Below, one piece after another: positions 27,397-41,741 of a DNA stretch of 64,000 bases. The translations under genes were made by a program, and so were the position numbers. The notes beneath the pieces are model-generated. The model was not told where the DNA came from, did not search any database, and saw only the letters and a program-made list of their open reading frames with translations. The stretch spans positions 21,390,001-21,454,000 of the forward strand of contig CM022671.1 of assembly GCA_012295275.1 (NCBI GenBank). The letters run 5' to 3'. The first letter of the stretch is position 1. Each line of letters opens with the position of its first letter. Source of the stretch: Chrysomallon squamiferum (taxonomy: Eukaryota > Animalia > Mollusca).

Positions 27397-28074
27397 TTAT
27401 TTGTTTTCCACCTTCACGTTGCTGAACATCATTCCAACTGCCTCGCAAACGGGAGCCAGACAACAGTTCATAAGGGCGCCGCAGAATTTCTGAGCGCATC
27501 CCAAGTTGATCATGTAGACCCTGAGACAAGGGGTGATCTGCCAGACGTGTTGGAAGGTGATCATGGCAAACTCACAGCCCCAGCAGAAGGAGATCGGGAT
27601 GGCGCAGAGGAACGTGAGCAGAAGGTAACAGCAGTTCTTGGTGCACGTGAAGCACGTGTAAGAGTTTCGCCAGACGCAGTCAGCGCTGTGCGTTCCTTCC
27701 GGTTCACCGATAACATCTTCGAACATCACCTGAAAAGAGAAAAAAAACAGAAAAACTTGAATGTAATGCTAGAGCTAGTGGGCTTGTGATTGTTGGTTCT
27801 TATTGCTGATGCAGTGCTTCTTCGTGTTTTCGCAGAGATCTTTATTTCGTAAAGGCAGCGACAAGAAAAATAACTGACAAAATGATGTTGGCAAATTATT
27901 CAATATTAAAGTGTCAACAGCAGCAGAAGAAACGTCAAAAGTGGTGTTATAGATGCGGTAGTTGTTGTAATGTTGTTAATTGCTAAAAGCAGCAGTATAG
28001 AGATAGTACTGGTAGTAGATGATTTACCGACTATGGGGAGATACAGTTACAAATCGTAGTAGTAGTGATAGTAA

Positions 28075-28110
<36 letters not shown>

Positions 28111-28417
28111 AAGTAGTAGTACTTGTTGTTGCTGCTGGTGGTGGTGTCGTACACAGTAATAGCACTAGCAGGAGTAGTAGCTGCAGCACCAGAAGCAACA
28201 GTCTCATAGTAAGTAATCGTAATAACTTTGCTGAGTGTTGTAGTATCAGCAGCAGCAGTAGTAGTAGTAGAAGTAGTAGTTGTAGTAGTAGTAGCCTTAA
28301 CTGTAGTAGTAATAGTAGTAGTAATAATGATAGTAATTGCAGTTTTTTCTTTGTTGTTTTTTATTATAATAACAGCCGTAGTAGCAGTAACAGTAACAGC
28401 AGTAGTAGTAGTAATAA

Positions 28418-28458
<41 letters not shown>

Positions 28459-29955
28459 ATAGTAGTAGTAGTAGTAGAGTAGTAGTAGTAGTAGTAGTAG
28501 TATAAACAATAAAAACGTAATCATTTAGTTACACAAGTGTCTAGTGTATTTATTGATGGTGACGCTCGAGTTGGAAACGGAAGAAAGCAATCAAAGCAAC
28601 AAATCTTTCATTTCCGTTTGTGACTATTTCTAGTATTATCACCTGCATGCAAACCAGGAGACAGGATATTTTTGTCAGGCATTTTTATCTGGAACTCAAG
28701 TAAATGTTTTAATCTGTTTCTTTATTAATGTGAAGTTTTATATTTGGGTTACCAAACAATAAGGGTGATGTTCCTGATAATCTAGTTCAGCAGAAAGTTT
28801 GACAATAAAATAAAAATGTTTTGGATTGTTAGCTTCGTTATGGACGTCTGTCAGTCTGAAGTTTTCTTTTCATCGTTCTCACTTGGCATTAATGAAATCC
28901 GAACTCCAGTATTCATTACCATTTTCACTGCTTGGTAATAACTATTATTTGACAGTTATGTTAAATTAAACAGAGAGACCCGAATGAAACAGTTGAAACA
29001 AATGATTTTTTTTTTTTTTTTTTTTTTTGCCGATGTTTCGTCCTTCTTAGAGCTGACTTTATGGATAGATAAAGAAATGGGGTTTTTTTTTTTTTTTTTC
29101 CCCACTATACATTACTTTTTAATGGGAGAAATGTTTAATAAGTTTATTTAATTTTTACATACAAGATTGTCTATAATGTTTATATAAAAATCAAAACGGT
29201 ATATAGAGAAGAAGGTTTATGTTACAGTTAAAACGCTTTTTGAAGAATATTTATATAATTTTATATAAACTGCTTTATGAGAACACAGTGCAAGAACAGT
29301 TTATGTTAGTCCTTGTATGGCAAAAATGTGATGTGTGTTGTTTTATGTTTTATATAGCCTATACCAGTGTAGTAGCTGCCTACTCAGACACAAGTGCAAA
29401 AACTGAATTACGTACGTACTGGCCTAATGAGAGAAAGACTGAAATTTCTCTCTTCTTCTTTCTTTTTTCACAAGAACGGTTGCTATACTTGAACGTCCCA
29501 GATACATGACAAAACGCTTAGCGTATAATTTCAAGTTTGCTTCATATCATAAAGAAATGCAGAGATAACGACTAATAGTTTTACGTATTGTATCTCTTCC
29601 TTTCGTGTACACTGATTGTATGTTCTTAATGTAGCAACAACTTTAGTACAGTCATTTCATAGAGTACAAAATGCAGCAATTGTTCGTCAATTGTTTAATG
29701 ATCGATTAATGAAAACTATCCTATCCTGGCGTATTGTGTAAGTTACAATAAAATGTGTTTGATATCATCACAAATGTTTAGATGTTATGACACGAACTGA
29801 CTTGTATATGTATTTCTATATGGTCTATGTTGGCTTAGCGGATCAACATTTTAAATGAATTTATTCTGTGTTTTTGTTAATATTTTGTTAATGCTTTAAT
29901 TTATGCTGCTATTCTCGAATTTATTTTTGTCATATAATGAATAAATGGGTTTTTT

Positions 29956-29990
<35 letters not shown>

Positions 29991-30597
29991 GCTTTAGTGA
30001 CTGGTTTGTTTTGTTTAACGTGGTATTTTCGTGCTTTTTTTCTGTGTTTATCTGAGTTTTGTTTTATTTTTAAAAATTTCTGCTTTATCTATTTATTTCT
30101 TTTTCTTTTCTTTTTTTTTTTTTTTTTTTATTCCTCAACACCTTTTTCGAGTTTTGTTTGTTTGTTTGTTTGATTGACTGTTGGCTGGGGCAGATAACAT
30201 AACTTAAAAAAGTATTTTTAAAATAAAATAAAATAAAAAAAATGTCTTCCTTTCTTGAACACTACGGCATGTGTGCTTTGTAGATTACGGCACTACAAAT
30301 GCATGTCAAGCTCATGAGATACGTACAAGAATTATAAGAACTGTCCCTTTAAGGACTCATAAGTGCTTTGTCCACAGATATTACTCTCTAGTCAAGATAA
30401 AAATGTATTGTTATACTTTAAATTGTTAGCTTTAGTCTTCAACAAATATAGACTGTACTTGAGTTTCACGTACAGACTTGCTTATAAGAGATTTATTTTT
30501 TTTTTTTTTGTCTTAAATTTTTCGTTCAGAATATCGTACGAAAACAGAGTTAGATACGACATGTATGCTCAAAAATTATAATGACAGAACTCAGCTA

Positions 30598-30636
<39 letters not shown>

Positions 30637-30990
30637 TAAAGAAAACGGATAAAAAAATAGATGTGTGATATATTTTACATCGTTCGCCTTTGAAGAAAAA
30701 GACAAAGGACAGATGAAATCAGTTAATGGTGTGAAATCATTTTTTTGTTTTATTTTTTTATTATTATTCCAGAAGTTTTATATTTTCACAGCTAGAATGG
30801 ATTTCATTACATATTTGAAAATAACAAAAATTATTTTTAAATCTGCGTATGTCTGCTTGTGAGCATATGCTAATGTGCCCGCTCAAGTGAGTTTGGTGAT
30901 TCGAGATTACTCAAATAACTGTGTTTTAAACGTCATTTTGTAATTATGTGAAATATCACTTTTTCAGTGCATACGTGATCATTCACAAGT

Positions 30991-31041
<51 letters not shown>

Positions 31042-31161
31042 TAAATAATTAAATAATTAACTGCTGTGATATTCACGAAAAAAAAAAAAACAGACCTTAA
31101 CATGTTCATTCAACCCATTAGGGTCTCGGTTTACCATATCCGGTAATTCTGTTGTATCCAT
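27397..31161 (-). CDS. Caveolin paralog B, proximal first exon isoform (132 aa)
   Basis: Exon 1 31161-31096 (MDTTELPDMVNRDPNGLNEHVK, AAG|GTCTGT) joins exon 2 27729-27397 (VMFEDVIGEPEGTHSADCVW...KVENK*). Confidence 0.9.
28055..28501. repeat. (TAG/CAG/TAA)n compound trinucleotide microsatellite
   Basis: Long AGT-type runs in the caveolin B intron. A similar run lies at ~21570-21710. Confidence 0.9.
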
Positions 31162-32264
31162 TTTCGATAGCGACTTTCCTTTATAAAGTCAAGTGAAGTT
31201 TTGCTATCAGGAATCAACAGATTAAAATAAGCCGAAATAAGCATCGTTTCTGTTTACACGACAGGACTCGTCTGCTAAATATTTGCTGTTGCTTTTTCTA
31301 TCGCCTAGCATCCACTGGGCACACGACGTCATGGTGTTCGTGACAACAGGTAAGAAGCAGTCTGGAGTTTCGCTGATCGTCCAAATAAAGAACTGGTTAA
31401 TGGGAAAATTAATTACGTCTTATAATTTATTTATTTTCAGTGGATTTTATTCCCAAGATGTTGTCTTCTTCTTCTTCTTCTTCTTCTTCTTTATATTGAT
31501 TTTAAAATGTTAGGATGGTTGTGGTGATTTTTGTGCTGTTGTTGCAGACAACCCGCGCGCGTACGCACACACACATACATACATACATACACACACACAC
31601 TTTTTGTGTGTGTATATAGTTATATATATATACTAAGATACTTATTGTTGTCTATTAAAATATTTTATAATTCTAACAATAGTTTGATCGTGAATTTAAC
31701 TATTTTGGGTTAGCAGTAGGACGAGTAATAGTAGTAGAGTCGTACTTATTTTAGTAACAGAAGTAATAGCAGTTAGTGTAGAAAAGAAATAGTTTTTAAA
31801 ATAGTAGGATTAGTAGTAAAAGTATTAAGAAATGTAGTAGTAACTATAGTGTTGACAGAAGTTGCAATAATATTAGTAGCACGTTAGTATTAGCAGCAGC
31901 AGCAGTAGTAGTAGCAACAATAACAGAAACAGCAGTAATAGTTTTACTAGTTGGATAGAAATAGTTTTGATTTGTTATTATTGTTATTGTTGAAGTTATT
32001 TTCAAATCGTTATTTTTATATTTCATTTTACTTTGTTTTATTTTCCGATTTTTTATTTATTTTTTGTTATTAAATTAATTGTTTTTGGTATTGTATTTTA
32101 ACATGCAAATAAGCACTGAATGAATGACTGAAAGGGTGAATGAAAGACTATATAACTACATAGAACATAAAAACTAATGATAGTGAACTACCGGTTCCAA
32201 GAACTTACATCAACATAAATTAAACGGATATGACATAATTAAATATAACAAAAAGTACACAAAC

Positions 32265-32324
32265 CTTCAAACCTTCGTTCAGACTGTTCGGGTCACGGTT
32301 TTCCATATCCAGTGAATCGGCCAT
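32265..32324 (-). CDS. Additional (distal) caveolin first coding exon upstream of paralog B
   Basis: AAAATG start context, MADSLDMENRDPNSLNEGLK, phase-0 donor AAG|GTTTGT. No caveolin body exon is visible between it and exon 31161-31096. Confidence 0.85.
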
Positions 32325-35300
32325 TTTGATTCTGTTAGAGACGTATATATTTAAAACACTTCTTTTTATTTCCCTTAATAATTTCTTCTGCTAGAGTTTC
32401 AACACTGTGTTAATGAGTGTTGTCTCTTACATGTTCAGCTTGATTACTTGTTGTCATACGACTGCCTAGCAGTCTTGATACGAAACCGGAGGTCAGAGGT
32501 CAGCCCTGAGAATTACATCTTCTAATTAAGAGCAAGAATGGCGATAAAGCACATCATTTATTTAAAGCTCGCAGACGATTTTTTTTTAATTTATTTTTTT
32601 ATTTTTTGTCGTTGTTGTTGTTGTTGCTGCTGTTGCTATTTCAGCAACAGAAGATTTCTGTTGCATTTGTTTTTATGTTTTATTTTATTTTAGGATTTGG
32701 CGCAGGGGGTTGCGGCATTGTTGCTGAGTTTGTTTTGTTGGTTTTTTGTTGTTGTTTTTGTTGGTTTTATTCTTTCCTTCTTTGTCTTTTCTTTGATTAT
32801 TAGTTTTATCATTATCATCATCATCATCATTACTGTTAGTGTTTTACTATCATCTTCATTATTGTTCCTATTTTATCATCATCATCATCATAATTATCAT
32901 TTTTATTATTAATAGTGTTGTTTTGTTGTTGTCTATCAAAATTGGAAAGAAAATGCTTTTGTTTGTATTCTCCACTAATTCTTCATACATTTATTACCTC
33001 TTTTTTACATACAGACTTAATTAGTATATTTTATCTTCATGATTCTTGTTGTATGTATTATTTCTCGTCTGAAAGCATGATAAAATGGCCAGTTAACCAA
33101 GAACCCAATGAGCCCATTCGAGTGCTTTTTTTGTAGTTGTGTATGTAAGATTTTCGTTGCTTTGTTTCGCCAGAGGGCCTATAATGCTTCTAAGAGGGAC
33201 CCGTTCATTCTGTAAAATGAGTATTTAATTTTTTTTTTTTTTTTCCTTTAAAATATATATATATATATTTATCTTGTTCTGCTTTATTCATATAACTAAA
33301 GTATTGCATGCACCAAAGACACGCATTTATTTATATGTTTACTTGTATGTGAACGACAGAAAAACGAGTTTCATGTTTCTTGAAGACTTCTTATCGCTGT
33401 TTCTATTATATGTAATCTACCAATCGTTTATCATTAGCTCGACAGATTTAAGTATTTCACGCTAAAGGATCGTTTTCCCAAATTTAATCACCTTTGCGTG
33501 CATTTCACACGACTTGTCACTTGTTATAAATTACTTATCTCACTCCTTTAAAATAATGAAAACCAGTTAATAAGATTTACTATGAGATATCATTTAGTCA
33601 TTCCATTTTCATGACACCGTTGTATTTCTATTAACTCTGATATTCGTGAGAAAACAACGGCGTTTCCAGTCTTTATATCGATGTTTATTTACTTTATGAA
33701 AATCAACAAAACTGAAAAAAAAAAAAAAAAAAATAATAATAATAATTATTTAACGACTGTTCATTGTCAAATCTTTCAGTGTTACGCTATTAGTACCTAT
33801 GGTTGCAGTTGGTATTTATTTTGACTGATTATTGTAACGTAATATAATTGTCATAAAAAGTCATAAGCCTTAAAGGTGATTTTTTGTTTCAACAATGACT
33901 CTAGAACTGACAATATAAAGAAAACTTTCTGTCGAAGGTAGAGCAAAATATGAAAATATTCAAAACTACTGGCATAATAGTGGGCGCTAAAAAGAAAAAA
34001 AATTTCCCATTCTAGATAATGTTCAATTATTGATAATAATTTATAATGAAATATTTCTTCTGATGTCAGAGAAATTACAAGAGAGAATTCGCCATCAAAA
34101 AGTACATGGGTCAACAAAGGCGTCACAGAATTCACTGTGTGAGAGATCCACATCACTAAATCGATTTCCAAATTAACTCTTTACGTCAGAAATAAATAGC
34201 ACATCAATACATCAATATTCTGATATGTAAGTCAGTAATTCCGAGTTTGTGTTCAGTTCTACATATAAGACTTTGTAACCATTCTCTTTTTCCTTTTATC
34301 ATTGTCGTAGATTTAAAGGTTGTTAAGTCAAATAAATGCTAGTATTCACATACCCATTCATTCTTATCAATTAATCGTCTTGCAGTACAAATGGAACGAC
34401 GATAGTTTTTAACATTTGTAGAGAAGGTGACAGATATATTTATGGCTAAGATATAGTAATACGTTCCATTTTCTGCCACTGCACCGATGTCTTAAAAAGC
34501 AAGATCATGTTCGCTTATATATATATAAAGCAAGTTTGGAGAATTTTTTTAATTGGAACCAGACTGCAAATGAACTGAAGAGTAGAAATTAAATCTCCTC
34601 TTCTTCGTCCAGACATAAAAGCCGTGTCGAATTAAGGCAAATACACTGGGCCCATTTAATTATCTTTTTACTTCGTGATTATATATGTAGTGGCCTTCGT
34701 GCATTGATTTCTCTGGGGCCTATAATGGTTCTAAGTCGCTTCTGCTTAAGAGCGATGGTTGTTGGTTTAACCACAATGCGATCTAAGCTGAGTGTGGCCA
34801 TGAAAATCGCGATTTGTACACAGCACTTAACATTAATTATAAACATAACTGAGATAAAACGAAATGAACCCGTAACTGCAGATAAAACAAAACAATAGTT
34901 CGTAAAAAGTAAGAGTGTTTATTGCTTGTGACAAAATAATGCTTTGTTTAAATAAGAAACAAAATATATATATATATATATATACATTTTGTGATACATG
35001 CATGTTTTTGTAGTCAATGATTTTTGTAAATGAAGGTTATAATACCCTCTTTCGAACCGTAATTTAAAAAAGATATATTAAAAAAAATTTACTAATGACG
35101 AAGCAAGTTTGTTCATCACAAGCCTTCAGAAAATCATAAGGATAATAATTATAACAGTTACTTTTTCTTGTAGATCTTAAGGCATGATATCTTCTTTGTG
35201 ACAAATTTTTTTTTTTTTTTAATGAAATGTATTATTGTTGTTTTTAAAATAAACTTACAGACACATCTAGTAACGAATACAGAACACAAAATAATGTCGA

Positions 35301-35518
35301 GGACGGATTTGTACGGCTTTTGCTAAAGATTTGTTAAAGATTTCTAATGTTTCAGAAATATTAACACATGTGTTTCAAAAAATTTTAACATTTAAAATAA
35401 AAATATTTTTGTCGAGTTACTGAACAGTTATAAAGGTTATGAAAAATTGCCGATTTTAGTTTATTTCATTTCGATTTATTTTTACGAAGATAGTAGTTTC
35501 CGTCCCCTGTTATCTTCT

Positions 35519-36448
35519 TTACTTATTTTCCACCCGGATGTTGCTGAACATCATCCCAAAAGCCTCGCAGACGGGAGCCAAACAGCAGTTGATGCACGAT
35601 CCAAAGAATTTCTGAGCACATCCCAAGTTGATCATGCAGACTCGGAGACACGGCGAAATCTGCCAGACGTGCTGGAAGGTGATCATGGCAAACTCACAGC
35701 CCCAGCAGAACGACAGCGGGATGGCGCAGAGAAAGGTCAGCAAGACGTAACAGCAGTTCTTGCTGCACGTGAAGCACTTGTACGAGTTCCGCCAGACGCA
35801 GTCCTGGCTATGGCCTCCTTCCGGTTCACCGATAACATCTTCAAACAATACCTAAAAAGAAAAACCGAAAGAGAATTATAAAAAAAAAAAAAAAAAAATA
35901 AAAAAAAAATAGTGTTATAATAGATTTTGTTCGTTTATTGATTTTTTTTTTTTTAAATTTTTTTATATTATTATTAGCATTGATTATTATATTGCCATAG
36001 TTGTAAAAAAAATTATTTTTAAAAATTAAAAATACAAAATTAATGATAATAGGTTACCTTTTCAAATTAAACAAAACTGACTAATAATAAATGGTCGATC
36101 CCCTAATTTCCCTCTGTTAGTAAAAGCATTTTGTTAATCCTCAGATAACGCAGGTAATTAAATGCAAATTTTGCATAAACAAAGGTAATGTTTTCTGTCA
36201 TAAACAGAGCGTTGCTAGGTCGTGTTTGTTTTTTGTCTGTTGGTTACAGCTAACAAACAAACATTAAAAACGTGCGTGTCAAGCGATCGGATATCGGCTT
36301 TATGAGCTTTTTAAAATCTGAACATGAAAAAGTAAAGTTTAGAGGCAACATTAAAATCAAACCTAACACGTGTTATGATATAGGTGTTATTTTACAAACC
36401 CAAGCATGCATATATTTTGAAAATACGCAGAACAGATAGACAGACACA

Positions 36449-36481
<33 letters not shown>

Positions 36482-37822
36482 CATCATGAATATATTTATT
36501 AAAAAAAAAAATTCTTTTAATGTTTTTCTTCTTCTTTTTTTTAAATTATATTTAGTTCCATATTCATAAATACCATCCATATTTGAAAGAAATTTGTTTA
36601 TTATTGTACTAATATTGCCAATATATTTCGTTATAGTTTTTATCTCTAAAAAGAAGGATATAAAACATTTATCTTGTACCAGTTCAATCCAGAGCGCGTA
36701 GCCGATAAAATAAATAAAACATGTGCCATTGACACGTTTTTACATGATTTATCATCTTATACAAGCATATCTCTTACATATAGTATAGTTCAAAGTCAAC
36801 GCATTATCTTTTAGGGAAAAAAAAAAACTGATACGAAAATTAGACAAAATAGAATAGATATAACTCCCAAACATACGCTATGAAAGGATGGCTAATATTA
36901 TAACTCCAGTGCTAACAAAGAATTAATTTGTTTTATGATGTCCAGTAAAAGTAAAATTCAATTTAGGTATTTTTATTGTTATTACTGTTATTATTATTAT
37001 TATCATAATCATCATCATCATCATCATTATCGTCATCATTACTATTTTTTTTTTTTTTTTGTTATTATGTAATGTACATTGAAAACATTCCTGGAATTGT
37101 AACTTAGTGAGACCTCTATCCCTCAACTAACTCTCTAACTGCACAATTGTAAAACTACCGTATGCTTTCCTCTGACTCCATTTTGACATGCTAACACTAA
37201 AACTGTTCTGAGTTTGATGGACCTGATATAAAACCATTCGAAATTCTTGTCCCGTCACATCGTAAAATTACAAGAAATAAAAAGTACTACCGTTGATTTA
37301 CTGATTTCGAATAAACATTTCAGATATGGAATATAAAAGTCTTGAATTCTGTTAGTTCGTTCAGTTAATTTCTGCTAATAAATGTACACATTATTAATAA
37401 TTTTTTCTAGATAATTCAAAAGCACTCTCTTTGCAAACTTTCGTTCCATATTTCTTGAAACACCTGAAAGAAGCAGGCTTAGAAAATAATTTCAGCGAAT
37501 GAGTACGACTTAATGTTTATTTAAAAGTAATGTATTGGATGAAATTAGATAATGAAGACAAAAATGATAATTAATCTAATCTAATCTAATCTAATCTAAT
37601 CTGATCTGATCTAACCTAATAATTATATTCTCTTCCAGTATTTAAAGACTAAACGTAAAACCTAAAGACAACGACAACGACGTTGATGACTTCAGTTTGC
37701 GACCATCTTCAGAAATGTTTTAAACTTTCGTTTTAAATCAGTAAAAAATAGTTATCATATACCTTAACGTGATCATTAAGATTGTTGGGATCCCGTTGCT
37801 CCATGTCCAATGATTCAGCCAT
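35519..37822 (-). CDS. Caveolin paralog C, proximal first exon isoform (130 aa)
   Basis: Exon 1 37822-37763 (MAESLDMEQRDPNNLNDHVK, AAG|GTATAT) joins exon 2 35851-35519 (VLFEDVIGEPEGGHSQDCVW...RVENK*). Confidence 0.9.
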
Positions 37823-38063
37823 GCTTATAATTTATCCGAGTTAACAAAAAAATCTGTTACAAAAAATATACGGGTTCTCTCTGCTGTTACCCTGATCGTG
37901 CCAGTACTTCTACCAGAGTGAGATAATAGATCTTCTTCAAACATTAATGCATTCGGTTACCCATTTTGTTTTCCCATTGCCTAGCGATTGTGAAACAACA
38001 GCGACAGGGACTCGCGTGACAACACTTCAAAACTTACGTGTTGAATTCCTAAATTTAAAGAAA

Positions 38064-38073
38064 GTCACGTGAC
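38064..38073. promoter_or_regulatory. Perfect CLEAR/E-box palindrome GTCACGTGAC
   Basis: 242 bp upstream of the ATG at 37822. Confidence 0.5.
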
Positions 38074-38466
38074 TAGTAATTTCACGACAATAGTGGAGCG
38101 AGCTTATTGTGTCGCCATCTTGCTTGTGTCCTTGATTCATTGAGCGTTTCAGTACAGTAACTGTATTCGATCATTCAACCGATAATATTTTTAATTTTTT
38201 TTATATATTTTTTTATATATATTTGGGGGCGGGGGATGAGTTACAAATATTTAAAAACATGATTCTATTATTTATTAGTGGAATATCGGCTGTTAAAGTA
38301 GAATCATAAAGAGAAGCGTATCTGCATTAAAAAAAACAAAAAAAAAAACATATATAAGCGATAAAGAAGCTTTTGAAAAACTATATTTCTCTCTTTCTCT
38401 CTCTCTGTCTCTCTCTCTCTGTCTCTCTCTCTGCTCTTCTCTCTTTTTCTCTTTTTTTTATCAGTA

Positions 38467-38581
<115 letters not shown>

Positions 38582-38936
38582 ACTACAGACATATATTTTA
38601 TCCACCACCTTTTACAAGTCCTTGTCTTTCGTACTTAAAGAAGGTCAATAAATAAATAAATAAATAATTAAATACACAATCAACTCATTTTATTCTTTCT
38701 TTCAAGTTAAAACAAGCCAAACTGAGTAAGGCAGTAAAAACGATGTCTTTTAAGTGTAACATCAATGCATTAATCATTACAGCTGGTGTGAGTGCTAGCT
38801 ACTTTCCAATAAAAAAAAATTTAAAAACCACTTTAAAAGAATACAAAACTTAGAATATCTTAGTGTTGTTTTTGTAATACTATAATACCGTAACCTTCAA
38901 TACAATGATATTCAGTAATTTGTGCGTAAATCTTAC

Positions 38937-38999
38937 CTTGAGATGATCGTTCAAATTATTGGGATCACGTTTCAAGATATCAATTTCTTCTTGAGACAT
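38937..38999 (-). CDS. Additional (distal) caveolin first coding exon upstream of paralog C
   Basis: MSQEEIDILKRDPNNLNDHLK with a strong phase-0 donor AAG|GTAAGA. No body exon is visible between it and exon 37822-37763. Confidence 0.87.
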
Positions 39000-39739
39000 T
39001 GTTAATTAATTTTATTATTTTTTTTTTTTTTTTTTTTAAATCTAAAGAATCTGGAACTATCTTATTTTCAGAAACGCAAATAAATTAACTAATGTTTGTC
39101 TGTCTGTCTGTCTGTCCGGATAGCTTGTTTCGAAATTTAACCTACTCCCGAGTGACCGTTATTGTTTTCGTATCATCGCCTAGAAACACGCTCCCCCACA
39201 AATAACGGGATCGCCGGGCTGTGGCGTGTTTCTGTTATTTCACACACCCGGCGCCACATTAGCTTTGTTATCTTAAAGGTGCTTTATTTAAATCAGATTG
39301 TTTTTGAACCGCTTTGGTACTTTACTGAACTCAAACTCTTTTGAAATGCTTTGTTAACTCTGCAATCTGAGAACGGTGAGTTCAACTTCGAGTCGGATTT
39401 TCTTATCACGATCTCTCATGAGCCGGGATGTTTCGCTGGACCGATCCGCTCCAGTGACTTAACCTTTGTCTATAACTAATTTTTTTAATTGTTTTTAACT
39501 GTTTTGTTTTGTTTGGGGGTGCTCCTGTAGGAAGGTCGAGAGAAACGAATGAATGAATAAAACAACTAACAAATGAAAGAAGGAGTGAATGAACGAAATA
39601 ACATAGTTTAAGGTTTAATAAGGTTATAAGGTGCCAAAAAAAATATTTTAGATATTCTAACTTATAGTCAGAAGAGCACATATTTCTTTCTATAAAGAAG
39701 ACAGCACAGCCTGGTACCGAATATATCTGTGTATGTGTA

Positions 39740-39774
<35 letters not shown>

Positions 39775-40133
39775 ATGTATGTATGTATGTATGTATGTAT
39801 CATTAAACTCATCTAAGTGAAACACGTGATGTTTGTATGTGATTCTATGTGGGTGGGTGGGTGTTTGTGTAAAGCTGATTTCAGTGATACACATGAGATA
39901 GACAATGATACGTAGGACTCTCAATTATACCAGCACAGTTATAAATATTAAAAAATACACAGATAAATATACATATATGACCATTTTATGAAAAAAAACA
40001 AAAACAGAAAGCATGAAGTACCGTCATCCCAACTGAATGTTGAATCATCAGTGACAAGCTGGTCAAGTTATATTAAATTTAACTTACACAGGCAGAATGT
40101 AAATAAAGCGAATGGAAAAAAATATTCGTAGTA

Positions 40134-40227
<94 letters not shown>

Positions 40228-40599
40228 ATCTCCATGTTACTTTAACTATACTTGTTTCTTAATATCGAAATATATTAGCATACACTATCCAAAATTGAAC
40301 TGGAAATCCTTATAAAAAGACAAGAAACAAAAACAGATTTCATAACGAAGATTTTTATTTCTTTTTACATTAGTTCAGCAAAAAAAAAAAAAAAAATGTA
40401 AGGTAGTTTTAAAATATCAAACAGCAAAAAAAGGGTGAAGTATATTATATACAGTATGAAAAAAAAAAAAAGGTTATATTCATTTCAAGACTCAAATAAA
40501 CAGAACACTGAAAATATCGATATTTTTCCAAATTATTCACTACAGGACAAACTTTCGTGAGTTCGGTGAATGACTCGGTTTAATTCAAAACTGTCGCCT

Positions 40600-41217
40600 C
40601 TATTTAGCGTTAGTTACAGTTATCTTACTGAAACACAGACCACACGCTTCGCACACTGGCACCAGACAACAGTTGACGCAGGAGCCGAGGAACTTCTGCG
40701 CACATCCAAGGTTGATAAACCAAACTTTAAGGCACGGAGTTATCTGCCACACGTGTTGGAAGGTTATCATGGCGAATTCGCAGCCCCAGCAGAAGGCCAG
40801 CGGGATTCCGCAGAGGAAAGTGAGCAGCACGTAACAGCAGTTTTTGGTGCAGTTGAAACACTTGTACGAGTTACGCCACACACAGTCGGAGCTGTGAGCG
40901 CCTTCTGGTTCGCCCAGAACGTCTTCAAACATGAACTGGAAATGAACGACATACAAATTTGTTAAAATAGTTTTATATCATTCCATACAGATACATTCTT
41001 GTACATTAGCTAAATAATTTAGTATTATGTTTGCTAAATACATAGTTGTAAATCTCGAAATATCTCGAAGTGTTAAACGGTTACATTGACCCTAAATATT
41101 CGGCAAGATTGAACAATTATTTGTTTTCTTTTTATTGTTAATGGTTATATTGCTGTCCATTATGATACTCGGGTTAATCTCTCGAATCATATTACACCGG
41201 ATTTATTATCAAAGTAT

Positions 41218-41265
<48 letters not shown>

Positions 41266-41741
41266 TACATATTCATCTTCAAGATACAAACATCAATTAC
41301 CAGGTTGCAAAAATATTATTTTTATTTTTATCTTATTCCTTTACAGTTTTCAAATAAATATATTGAAAACTCATGTTAGTTTAATATTTGTTTAAACGGG
41401 TATTATAATGAACATTTTTCCAAATACAGCATTTATGTTTTGCACACCTTGTCCATTATTTGTTTGCGTTTCATATTTTAGATGCATTTTTCGTAGAAAA
41501 TTAAATTAAATTTCACTTCTGAGCTTGAAATTAAACTCAAAATACATATCTTATGTATAATTCAATATTTGTTACCGTTTTAACTTAACTAGTGGTTACG
41601 ACAGATAAACTTATATTAATTATTAAATATGATATTCTCTATTGCTACAGTTTTGTTCAAAAATTGTTTTATTTGAAAACAAACCTGCACATGACTGTTC
41701 AGTTCATTGGGATCACGATGTTCAAGATCAATCTCGGCCAT
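40600..41741 (-). CDS. Caveolin paralog D (130 aa)
   Basis: Exon 1 41741-41685 (MAEIDLEHRDPNELNSHVQ, CAG|GTTTGT) joins exon 2 40935-40600 (FMFEDVLGEPEGAHSSDCVW...TVTNAK*). Confidence 0.92.

Noticed and set aside
28065-28524. Poly-Val, poly-Ser and poly-Tyr ORFs
   Set aside because: They are translations of (TAG)n microsatellites.
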